Origin: Cenococcum geophilum | Lineage: Eukaryota | NCBI GenBank assembly: GCA_050273025.1 | Contig: CP158635.1 | Span: forward strand, 10,664,001-10,728,000 | Length of the DNA: 64,000 nucleotides | Reading direction: 5' to 3' | In this document: one piece after another, positions 38,237-50,200 of the stretch | How the letters are laid out: each line of letters begins with the position of its first letter | How positions within the stretch are numbered: the stretch's first letter is position 1 | Made by a program: the position numbers and the translations under genes | The notes under the pieces: model-generated | Told to the model about the DNA's origin: nothing | Databases searched by the model: none | Seen by the model: only the letters and a program-made list of their open reading frames with translations

Positions 38237-38835
38237 TATTTACTACTAAGGTTATAGTAAAAGAAGTTAAACAATATACTACTAAAAGCACTAGTTATAA
38301 TACCGTTAACGGTAGCAACTATATTAGGATTAGGTAACGACACTAGTATAGTAGATACTAACTCTTAGCTAGTTACGGTTAGATAATTATAAGCTATAGT
38401 TAATTAATTAATAGATAACAATAGAATACTTAAAGAAAGGATTAATAGAATAGGAGTAGCAAAGATTAAGCTACTATCTATTAAGCGATTCTTAGGCGAG
38501 AAGTTAAAACTTAAAGAATTCCTTACGTAGATGCACTTTAAGGTTATATAAGAAGGAGTAAAGCTAGCAATACCTATGGATTAAATAGCTTACGTAGGAC
38601 TATTCCTATTAGGAAGGGCACTTAAGTGGTTTAAATCTTACCTAATAGAGGTATAGGAAAGAGGCATAGTAACTACTAACTAAGAAGTATAATATATATT
38701 TGCTAGTTAGAACGGGTTTGCAGAATACCTAATATAAATATTTAGAGACCTAGAAGCAACTACTATAGCAGAATAAAAGTTTTAAAACTTAATATAACGA
38801 ACCTTAGTAATTAAGTATATAATATAGTTTTAGAT

Positions 38836-40372
38836 TAAAAAGGCCTATATAGAAGAGGTTAATAAAGATAGGGACGAACTAGCAGCTAGTTCTAGCTCTA
38901 ATTCTAGCCCTAAAAACTCTACTATAAAGTACCTCTTACAGCCAAAAACACAGCTACTATCTCTAACCTCTAGAGTTTAGAAGCTAATCCAAAATTGGAA
39001 TATAGAGAGAGTCTCTCTAGACTGGCAAAAACCGTGGTCTCCTCCTATTCCTGCTTTCTTTTCTATCTCTAAGGGTAGTAAAGAAGAAGCTGCACAAGAA
39101 CATCTAAGACTAGTAGATATATACTATACAGATAGCTCTAAAGACAATAAATTAAATGTAGTAGCCGTATGCAAAATAGGAGAGAGAAATAGGATTAAAT
39201 ATGCAACAAACTGGAATCTAGGGCCCTATATGGAAATTATGGACGCAGAGCTTTACGCAGTCTATAGGGCCCTAGAACACCTAAAATAACAAAGACTAGA
39301 AGAGAAACAGGTTTATATCTTTATAGATAGCCAAGCAGCTATTAAGAGATTACAGCTTAATTCTCTTACAGGAGGGCAAGAACTAGTCTTTAAAATTACG
39401 CAAAGCTGTTCCTATCTAGCTAGTAGGAATATCTCTATTAACTTCTATTAGGTCCCTAGCCACCTAGAAATTTACGGAAATAAAATAGTAGATAAACTAG
39501 CTAAAAAGGGCCTCTCTAGAAGAAAATATAATCTTCTTATTCTTCTCTAGCCTACCTAGGGAAACGAGCAAGAGAAAAGATACTAGAATAGTAGAAAAAC
39601 AATTAGCAACAGAATAAAAGTAAAGGAAAACACTATACTAGAATCTATAAAGGAAACTACCCTTTCTCTTTTAAAGCCACTAAGGATAAATATCCTAAAA
39701 AGCTATAATCAGCTTTCTTTTAACTAAAACTAGGAAAAGGCTTCTTTAAATCCTTCTTTAAAATAATAGGGAAAGATAAAGAAGGTAGATGCTTTAAGGA
39801 CTATACCGCGGTACAAACCCCTACGCACCTCTTACTAGAATGCAGACTACATTGGGAAGATAGAAAGGAAATACAAAGACAAATAGGCTCTTCTCTCTCC
39901 TTAGAGAAGCTTTTTTGTATAAAGAAAGGAAGAAGGGCGCTTTTTCTATTCTTAAGTAGGACAAAAATAGCTACTAGGAAGTGGCTAAGAGCAAAAGGAT
40001 CTCTAAAAGGAGGCAACTCCTACTAAAGTCCTAGTAGATAGACTATAGAAAGCAAAAGGATAGAAATAAACTATAAAAAGGACAGGGACAGGCGTTAGGA
40101 TTATTTATAATTTTATTCCAATTTTTTCTACTATTTTCCTATCGTTTTCTTACTACTTAATAGTTATTAGCAACCTAGTATCTTATTAGGAAGCTGTAAA
40201 TCCCTAGTTTAGGGATTTATAAACTACTAGGACATAGCTACTAGTATATATTAAGCTGCCTAGAAAGGATTTATGTATATAGAACTATAGCGCCATAGCC
40301 TAGAGGCTGCATGCGTAGTATTATACGTAGTATAATATAACGGATATAAAAAAAATAAAAATAAAATAAAAT
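38836..40372 (+). mobile_element. 5'-truncated LINE with RNase H, inserted in the gag of element C
   Basis: YTD(G)SKD ~39125; DAELYAV ~39242; FIDSQAA ~39320; (W)VPSHLEIYGN(E)..DKLAK ~39450; C-terminal C..(C)...QTPTHLLLEC ~39790; (taaaa)n tail; approximate TSD tagttttagat / tagtttttaaat. Confidence 0.9.
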
Positions 40373-41237
40373 ATTAGTTTTAAATATTAGCTATATAAGT
40401 TAAATAGAATAATAAGGCGCTTATAGTATAGTATAAATAGGGACTTAAAGTAAAAGTCTAAGACGTAATTATCCTAATAGAAGATACGGATACTCTTAGG
40501 GAATTAATTAATTAAGCAATTAAGATTAATAATAAAATCTACTAAAGAGAGCAGACTAAAAAGGGTTAGGATAGGGTTCTATAGTTATATAAGGCGTAAA
40601 GCACGCAATAATAAAGTTAAAGTTAAAAACTATAGTATAGCGCAGAGCTAATATACCTAAGTAGTACCAAAGAAAATAGGAAATGAAATAAGAAACTATA
40701 GAAACCTAGAGGACAATGATTAAATAATTAAAGGTCTAAGAAGTAGAGGCTAAACTAGGGATTTTAGCAGTAAAAGGCGTTTAGGCGGACTCTATAGCAA
40801 GAAAAATGGTTTAAAAAAGGGGCTTATATAAATTATGGGAAATAAGGTTATTTTATTAGAGACTATAAGAGTAGTTAGAGTTACTATATAGTAAAAGGAA
40901 TAAGATTAGTAGATAATATATATATATATAGAGACAATAATATACTATAAGGAATAAAAGAGTATTTAATTAAGAGTTTTGCGTTTTATTATAATAACAT
41001 ATACCAAATTTATAAGAATACTAAGTACGGCGTAAGCTATTGGCTATAAGAGCTAGAATTATTAAAGTTTAGAGGAACTAATAAACTATCTTATAGATTG
41101 GATATTAAGGGCGAAATATTTAATAATAATAAGGAAATAAAGGCAGCTTACTAGAAGTATATAAACCTTAGAGATATTATAATAGAGGTAGAGGATAATT
41201 CCATTATAGAATAAGAAATATTAGTAGGGATTAAGAC

Positions 41238-41426
41238 TGTTGGAAACACAGGGTGACTCACCAATAACGACTACTCGAGTAGGGTTACAGTGATGTTAGT
41301 TGATAAAGCTTTTTGATAGGAATGAGGAAAGGGGTAAGGAACTTAAGGTTCCTCACCACGCTAGGGCCACGTCGACACGTGACGGCAATATGCTTCATGC
41401 GACGGCAACTTGCCTCATTCCCGACA
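41238..41426. mobile_element. Solo LTR (189 bp)
   Basis: TGTTGG...CCGACA termini; TSD AAGAC at 41233-41237 and 41427-41431; absent from the homologous position of element A (~29160). Confidence 0.92.
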
Positions 41427-42463
41427 AAGACCCCACTAGATATAATATCTATCGCTTCGCGAGATATAAGGGAAGTAGGATAACGAACCACTTTAGCACT
41501 TAATAAAGGTAAAAGGCTATAGGCTTAAAATTCTTAGAAAGAGATAAGAGACGCTTAAGATTCTTAAAAAGAGATAAAATATGCTTAAGGACCTATAATA
41601 GACGATAACTAATAGAGTAAAGCAACGGCTTAGTTTAGCGATATATAAATAAGCTTAGGACGAAGCTTCCCAAAGGCATAAGATTCTTAAGACAAGATAA
41701 GTAAGATTTAAGACTCTTAAGATAAGATAAGAACACCGCGGAAGCCTAGTTAGACTAAGGCTGGAGCTAAGCTTAAAAATGAAGTAAGCTTAGAATTAAG
41801 AGTTCTATAGGACTAAGATTTTAATACGCAAATAAGGACTATTAAAAAAATTAATACTAAGATCTAGAAGCAAGAAGACTTTAAGGATCTACTTATAAGG
41901 TAAAAAATAAAAGAAACTATAGAGGAATTTAGACAGAAAATCCTTATATAGTAAGAATAGAAACTAGACTAGAGATTTAGTATACTAGGTTATACTAGGG
42001 ATAGAGCACCTATATAAAGAATTACTAATAGGCCTAAGGTAGGTACGCTAAGAGCAAAATAGCTTACTAAACTAGAATAAGAAGAGGATTTAGGAATCCC
42101 TACTAGGTTTAAAGAACAATATATAAAAGGCTATTATAATATAGTAATAAAAAGATACTTCCTTATAGACAAGCCGTATATACTCTAATAGCTATACTGA
42201 AGTAGTATAGGCAACGATATAATGATAAGTAGGAAGATTTTTATATATAGTTAGATAAGCGAGTTATCTAGGACCACCCTATTATAGAAAAAGCTATAAG
42301 TTATATTAAGGGAGCCTTAATTATAACAGTAAGAGATCTAAAGGAATAATTAGAGGACTAAAGAAGTAAAAGGTAAATCTTAGTACCCGTAAATAAGGTT
42401 ATAACGTTTAGATTAATATAGTAAAGGTTTAAACTTAAAAATAAAGATATATTAAGAGTTAAC

Positions 42464-42700
42464 TGTCGAACGTTAAGGTCACTGTCAGGTACCACCTTAT
42501 GACTTACACCCTGTTTCTCTTACCTATCACCGACTGAGTGGCAATGACGACCTGGTGGCGATTGAGTAATAGTTCCAAATCGTCGTTAGTGTTGTCGTCA
42601 GTGTCGTCGTTAGTCTTTTGCCTTAATGCCATGTATATAGAGAGCTTCTAGAGCCAGCTTTAATCGATAGAGTTCTTATAAGTGACTTGTCTGTCTGACA
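42464..42700 (+). repeat. Copia-3 5' LTR
   Basis: TGTCGA...CTGACA; repeat of 56526-56762. Confidence 0.95.
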
Positions 42701-43220
42701 GTTATAAGCCCGGGCCATCTACTGTATTATCTTTAATTTAAAACCCTAATTACCCTATTGTTAACTGAACAGTAGAAGCCTTAAAATGTCCTCTTAATAA
42801 TCCGAAACCCTTATTACGACATATACTGTGATCCTAGCAGGCCTAAATGATTGGGACTAATGGATTGGTGTCGTTAAGTATAGAGCCGACGGTAAGAGTG
42901 TATGGGAGTATATCGATCCGGATGTTAAGAAAAATGATCTACCTAGACATAGAGCACCGTTAGAGCCATTACCATTAGTTATTAATCCTCAGAAGACTAT
43001 ATTCTTAGCCCTTAATAAAGGCGAGAAGGAAGAGCTTTAAGCTTTACGAAAATAGTACGACCAGAGTAGGCAAAAATCTAATCTTATCTTGATACGATCG
43101 ACGATCGACGATCAATACGATATCTCGTATCGATTAAAGTATCGTGATATTCCTTGGCATTCCCCATTAAATTTTCTTCTATTGAATTTACTGCTTTTCT
43201 ACTACAATATTATATAAAAT

Positions 43221-45372
43221 ATGGCTTTAGAAGCGGATTTATCTCTTCTTAAAAATACTCCTAGCTTAATTAAGAGCTCCGCTATATAATAGGCTTAGCT
43301 TCGGTCTCTAGTCTATGAATTTACTCGCCTACTATATAAAAACAAGCTAACACACGATAAAAAGAACCGAAGGCTTATATACTGTAATTAGTGCGAAAGT
43401 TACTTAGCAGTATTAACTATAAATATTAAAAACCACCTTGCGAAAGACTATGTAATCTCTATTAACTTAGAATAGCCTCGTATAAAGGAGTAAGTACTTT
43501 AAAAGCTTTAGGAACTTTAGGCATAAACAGTATTAGAATTTGGGATAGATAAAGTTAATTCTATAATCCTTATAAAGGTTCTAAATAAGGAAGTTATCCA
43601 GTAAGCTCTTATTAACTTAGTTGTTGTATAAAACCTTCTATTCCAGATTATAGAGTGGGAAGAGTTCTATGTCTTCTGTTAGGCTCTTAACCTAAAGTCG
43701 TCCAATTTAATAATAATAACGCATATAAAAATTTCTTAGATGATTACCTATTCCTTCTAGTTATAGAAAGATATCGTACGAAGATAAGTTTAATTAGCGT
43801 TAATAAGTATTTATCTTTTTATTAATATCTGGATGTCCCTAAATAACCACCTTCTTCTTATAGTCTGCGCCCATTTTATTAATAGCCAGGAAAACCGGAT
43901 AAAAGCTTTTCTTGCCCTTTATACAGTAGCTGGTTATAGTAGAGCTAAATAATAGAATACTCTTCTCCTAGTTCTAGAGGAGTATAGGATTATATAAAAG
44001 CTTAGAGCTATTATTGCAGATAATTCTACCATAAATAATACCCTCTGTTGTACGATTTATAAGTATTTTGCTAATAATAAGGATATTACCTAGGATCCCA
44101 TCCAATAACGTATCCGCTGCTAGGGGTATACTATTAATCTTACCGTCCAGGCCTTCCTCTTTAAAGATACTCTTAAACTTAAGGCTATTAAGTTGTATAA
44201 AAGGAATGACGTAAGTGGAAAGGAGCGAAGTTATAAGGAAGAGGTTAAGTAGAAATAGGCTTTCCGAGCAATAGGCCCACTTAGTAAGCTTTATAATATT
44301 ATAGTACACTTCTATACCTCAGTAAGTCATATAAAGGAGTTTAAGACTTTAGTTAGGAGGTGAGTTTTACTTAATAATCGTATAAGATGGAATAGCTAGT
44401 ACCAAATACTAAGCGTTCCACTTAAGTACGAGTTAGGAATTAATAACTATATTAAGAGTAACTTTAATACGCTTAAGGAGGATTATATCTCGCCGTAAGA
44501 CTAGAAGCTTCTTTATACAACTTATATATTTCTAAAGCCATTCCACTATACAACATTAAAGACATAAGGGGATTATACAACACTTAATTGAGTACTCTTT
44601 ATAATGGATATGCTTATTAAACATATAAAGAACTCTTTTATATAACTCTCCTTTTAGCTACTTTATCTAAGCTAAAGCTAATATTATATAATAGGTACTC
44701 TTTAAATTAAATAAAGCTCTCTTATTTTGAGTAAAGAATACATGGGCGAAATTTAATAAGTACTACCAGAGAACGGATAACTTGCCTCTTTACGCCGCTG
44801 CACTTATTCTTCACCCAAATCGTCGTATAAAGTATATTAAGACATTTTAGAAGAAGGAGTGGCAGAAGACGGTACTTCTAAAGGTCTAACGGCTCTAGGA
44901 AACATACCGAGAATTAGAGAAGCCTGTTACTTCTCTTTAGATAATATTATATAATAAGCTATTACAAAATAAGTATAAGGAACTTAACGAGTACGATTGA
45001 ATTATAAATAAGCTAAATAAAAAGGTTACTTAACTAGCAAGCTAGGACGAGTATAAGGACTACTGCTCTAAAGCACCGTACGAAATTAAAGTTTCTCTAC
45101 TTTAGTGGTGGTCTTAAGAGCAATAAATAAAGCGCTGGCTGCGGCTTTTACTCTTTATAAGAGAAGTGCTTTTAATTCCAGCTATAAGTAATAAACTAGA
45201 GAGAGTATTTTCAGGAGGACGTCGTACGATATCATGGAAAAGGATGTAGCTTAGAATACCAAGTGTTAAAAGAATAGAGTGTATAAAGAGTTGGTATAGG
45301 AGTAAAATTTTAAAAGAGAATAGCCAGATTTTAGATAAAAGGAGAAATAAAAGAAATATAGTAGTTGTATAA
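43221..45372 (+). pseudogene. hAT transposase pseudogene
   Basis: BED finger YC.*C...NHLAKD(H) ~43380-43450; (D)IW.S(P)N ~43825; RIRC*G(H)TINL ~44109; NR(T)RWNS(W) ~44376; dimerisation motif PA(M)S..(P)ERVFSG ~45178; possible intron ~44640-44693. Confidence 0.9.
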
Positions 45373-45535
45373 GGGAGGGTATATAAGAAATATGTTGTAC
45401 AACGCTAAGGGGTAGGGGTGTAGGGTATATAAATAAAATAATTTTAGGCAAAGGTAACCACTGAAGGCGCGTAGGTGGCGTATATAAATATATGCTAACT
45501 TTAAACTTAATAGATTATAAGTTTAAATCCCACCA

Positions 45536-46045
45536 ATGTCGTCCTTTATTGGGAATCGGGCAATACAATTATCTGGTATACTTCCCGTCCTACTATATAA
45601 GAGATTCTCCGGCAACATTGCCATACTATAAGTAACTCTCCTCTTTATATAATATACCTATATAACTAACTACTCTTAAAATAAGCAAAAAAGGGTAGAA
45701 GCTTTGCCGGCAATTAATGTAGAGGCTTAGGTAGGGGGGGTATTAGAGAAGCAGGTATAAATAGGGAGGCCCTTATATATATATACGATTCTAGTTTAGA
45801 GCCGTAGATCTTTAAATACAATTATAAGTAACCTATATTACTTATATAAGGTAGAGAGCTAATTAATATTAGCCATGCGAGGCTTATACGGCGACTCCGC
45901 GTTATCCAGTAGGCCTTTACCCCTTTACTAAGTATCGGAGTCTTCTAGGGTTCTATAGTAGGTGCTGTGGAAATTACAAGTAGCGGGATTATAAAGCTCG
46001 ATGTTCGTCGTACGATAAAAATTCTTAGCCTATAGCAGCGGCAGC
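45536..46045 (+). pseudogene. DUF3716-like cysteine-rich second gene within the hAT; tail continues at 54029-54083
   Basis: 45873-46007 reads PCEA(C)TATPRYPVGLYPFT.(C)RSL(P)GF...CCGN(C)K(W)RD(H)KARCS; ATG at 45536 and intron-like signals upstream. Confidence 0.65.
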
Positions 46046-46466
46046 TGTAACGGAGCCTTGTAGTAGGAACTACGGTAGACTTGTTAATAGGCTAGGTATA
46101 TAGGTATTGCAAGTAAGTTAACAACGTAATAATAACTAGTGGAGTAGTTGCCTAACAGATTAACTCTAATTATATTCTGAGAATTACTACAAGGAAGGAA
46201 CTATCTAGGTAGGGACTAAGGGTCCTTAAATATACAACTGTACTCCTATAAAATCCTTCTTATACGTAATATACGTGTTATATATAAGGTATATAAGTTC
46301 CCTTCGTTCCTCGCGTTCCTTACGTAGCACCTTATATAACCTTAGCTACTATTCCTCGTTATATAGTTCTATGGGTTTTATCCTAGACCGTGCTTATATT
46401 AACTAACTAGCTTCTTCTAACTCTTCTCTAAGTAGTTATAATATTGTACTTAAAGCGTCTGTAACA
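46046..46466 (-). repeat. Element E 3' LTR
   Basis: TGTAAC...GTAACA; repeat of 53603-54023. Confidence 0.95.
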
Positions 46467-46574
46467 CCATCTCCCTCCTCTTTATCTTCGTCCTTAAAGA
46501 TACCTAATATCTCTAAGTCGTTTACTAGAGGTGTAATATCTATTTAATTAATTTAGTTAATATTATTGCTTATA

Positions 46575-47225
46575 ATACCTAAAGCTTCTTCTTCTTTATA
46601 CGCGCAACGTCGTGCTCGCACTATTACTGTAATATTGTCGCTTAGTGAAATAATACTATCTTTGTGTTCTCGTTGCTTAAAAGAGGGGCTAGTATATATT
46701 ACGTTAGCGAGTCCTTTATCTCGGCAACCCTCCTTTTATTTAGAGTACACTAAAGCAAACATTTAATTGTCTTATGATATTCGCTCTACTTCTAACGCTA
46801 AATATACGCGTTTTATAACTCTTAATAGTCTCTAAGTTTCCTAAGTAATTTATTATAGGGTCTTATATTTAATTTGCTGCTATAAGGCTTAATAGTAACC
46901 TAGCGTAGGCCCTTACTAAACTTAAGCGTTCTTAGGATGCGGAATAGAAAGCTCTAGATACTCGCATTACGGCGTCTACCTATCTACTTTATCTTAAGAA
47001 AGTGTATAAGAAGGTTTATTTAAAGGAGTGTAAACTTATAAAATAAGGTCTATAGGAACTTAGTAATAAAAGAATAGGTTCTCTTCCAGTAGAGAAGGAA
47101 ATAACTCTAAGTAGTTTAGCAGTCGCTCTTTCTAGGTCCCCTTTAGGTAACTTATTCTTTAGCGATTCCTCTTTATTAATATTGCCTAACCTTTTCTCTT
47201 TTAATACTCCTGTACCTTTCCTATA
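46575..47225 (+). pseudogene. Antisense accessory gene of element E (Zn2Cys6-like cluster plus helical tail)
   Basis: ORF 46566-46766 and its continuation read CSRCLKEGLV(C)ITLASPLSRQPSF(C)LE(C)TKANI*LS(C); homologous to 10932-11605. Confidence 0.68.
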
Positions 47226-50200
47226 GCGTTCTTTAGGTTTTCTAGTAGTTCCTAGGTAGTCTCGTTATAGCATATCTACTTTACTTTATACTATATTTTA
47301 TTATCTATATCCTTATAACTAATAATCTTTAAAACTTACTATTTGTCTTCCTCTTATCCTCTATACGTATCTGCCTTATAGACTAGTGGCTTAACATTTC
47401 CGTATACTAGCTCTAGCATTATAATATACTATATAGGGTAGATCTTTATCCTAGCTAGTAGGTTTAACTTAAATATAACTAATAAAATTTTCTGTATAAT
47501 TTTGAAAGGTCCTAGTCTAACGTAGTCCAACTTCTTACTTAGTCGTTAACTTTTAAAAATTTTGTATAGTAGCCATACTTTATTTCCCTCCTTAAGATCT
47601 GGTCCCTTAGATCTCTTAGCATTATAGTATTTTTTTATTCTTTACTATACTACTTTAGCTATTTCCGTAAGGTCTGCATAAAGATTTATTAAACTCTTTA
47701 TTCTTTACTTAGCTATACTACTTATCTTTTTTACTTAACGTGGCGATAGTAAGGTCCTTAGCTTATATCCGTAATTTGCTTTAAATAGTAACGTACCTAT
47801 TTCTTCTTATGGTGTTATATTATATGCAAACTATATAACTAGTAATAGCAATACCTAATTATTTTATACATAATTAATATAATGCCTTAGATACTGTTCT
47901 AGTGTCTAATTTAATCTTTCTATTTAACTATCTGTCTATAGATAATATACGGTAGAAGTTACTACTTAAACTTCTTACTCTGCTAAGAATACTTCCTAAA
48001 ATACTACTATGAATCTTAGATCTCTATTTAATATAATCTTACTTAATGCTCTATATCTTATAAACACTTCTTTAATATAGATTCTAGCGATATCTTCCGC
48101 TAATATTTCTTCTAAACATGCTATAAAGTATCCCCACTTTGTAAGCTTATCTATTATTATTAAGATCGCGTTATAATCTTATCTGGTAATAGGATCTTTT
48201 AACTTTAATAACTTAATAATAAAGTCCTATAATATAACTTCCCATAGTCTCTCTAGTATTTTAATAGGTTGTAGCTCTCCATATAGCTTATACCTCGTTA
48301 GTTTATTCCTTTAGCAATTTAAATATTCTTTTATAACTTACCTAGCTAGTCCCTAGATTCTATTAATAATGTACTCTTTTTAAAGTCTTAACACTAAGCC
48401 TATAGCTCCGTTGTGTCCTTAAGTTAGTCCTTTATAAAATAACTTAATAAACTCTTTTGCAATAGATCTTAGTACGTATATTACTTCTCGATTTTTATAC
48501 TACTCTAAGTTTAGATCCTCTACCTATACGTTTTAGATCTTTTATATTTAATTACTCTTTAGTAATTTATAGATCTTTTCCTCTTATATTACTATAATCT
48601 TTAGATAATTGTATCTAATTAGTCTATCTATGTCTTTCCGCAACAAAGCCCCTAACGGCTTTTTATTATTTTATAGTTTAGCCTTTCTACTTAGAGCGTC
48701 TGCTCGTATATTTTCTATACCCTTAGTATACTAAATCTTGAAATAGTATTCCGTAAGTATCTCCGCCTATCTAACTTGTCTGCGATTAAGTTCTTTTATT
48801 ATTAGGAACCCCGTTAGGTTCTTATAGTCCGTCTTAACTATAAATAGTTTTTCTATACCTTATAAGAATAATCTCTATTCCCTTAGTGCTATAACTATAC
48901 CTAATAACTCCTTATTATAGATGTTATAGTTTAGTTCTAGTAGTATTATCTTTTAACTATAGTATGCTACTAGGTGCCATTTATCTTAATATTTCTATAG
49001 AAAGTACGCTCCTAGTATATAGTCTAATGCATCCGTTTCAACCACTGTCTTTAACTATAGTTAATAGATTTTAAGAACTGGCTCCTAGGTGAATAACTAT
49101 TTGATCTTCTTAAATAGTTCCTTTTACTTCTCTCCCTATGCCTATAGTTCTTCCTTCTTCGTTAATCTTATAAGTGGCTTAATATCCTTTAACCATTAAG
49201 CTATAAACCTTCTGCAGTAATTACAGAACCCTAAAAATAACCTTAGCTATATTATATTTTCTAGTTCTTGCCAATTTACTATAGCCTCAATCTTTTTTAG
49301 ATCTATGCTAAGTTAGCCTAGTTTAATAATAAATTTAACAAAATCTATCTTCCTAGTAAAGAATTTATATTTCTTAATTGCTACTGGCATCTATTCTTCT
49401 TATAGTCTCTTTAAGACCTATTTAACGTGTTCTCCATATTCTTCCTTACTTATTAAGTAGATAATAATATTATTAAGGTATACTATAACAAATTCATCTA
49501 AGTGCTCTCTTAATACATTATTAATTCGTTTCTAAAACGTTACTAGTACGTTTATAAGCCCGAATTGCATAACTAATGGTTTATATAGTCCTTCCTTTAA
49601 CCTAAAGGCTGCCTTCTATTCGTTGCCTTCCTTAATTCTAATCTAATAGTACGCCCATCTTAGATCTATCTTTGTAAAGATTTACGCATTACCAATCCTA
49701 TCTTAGATTTCGCTAATTAAGGGTAAAGGATACCTATCCTTTCTAGTAATACTGTTTAACTATTTATAGTTAATATATAGCCTAAGTTTTCTATTTTTCT
49801 TTAGTACGAATAGTACTGGATATCCTACTAATAACTATAATGGTCTAATGTATCCCTTTCAAAGATTTTCCTGGATAAACTCCTTAAGTGCTTATAACTC
49901 TTTTTCTGTTAACTTATAAGTTGGGTAAAACCTTAGACTTATTCCTAGTTCTAGCTCTATCTTATAGTCCTATACTGTATACTCTAACAGCTTTTTACTT
50001 TTTAGTAACCATAGCTTCTTGCTATACTTATAGTATCTTTTTGGTACATAGCTTAATCCTTAATTGGTTTCTTTATATATTACTCCAACTTAATACTATA
50101 CTAACTTAGTTTATTGTCGCATCTTACGTTATTATATATCTCTAATATTAACCTAACCTATAACCCAATTAATCTTTAGATTATATTCCTATAACTAAGG

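Noticed and set aside
45516..45541. tRNA-like T-arm and acceptor end (ataag tttaaat cccac caatgtcg)
   Set aside because: Needs several assumed RIP reversions and has no matching 5' half; better explained as the start context of the DUF3716-like gene.
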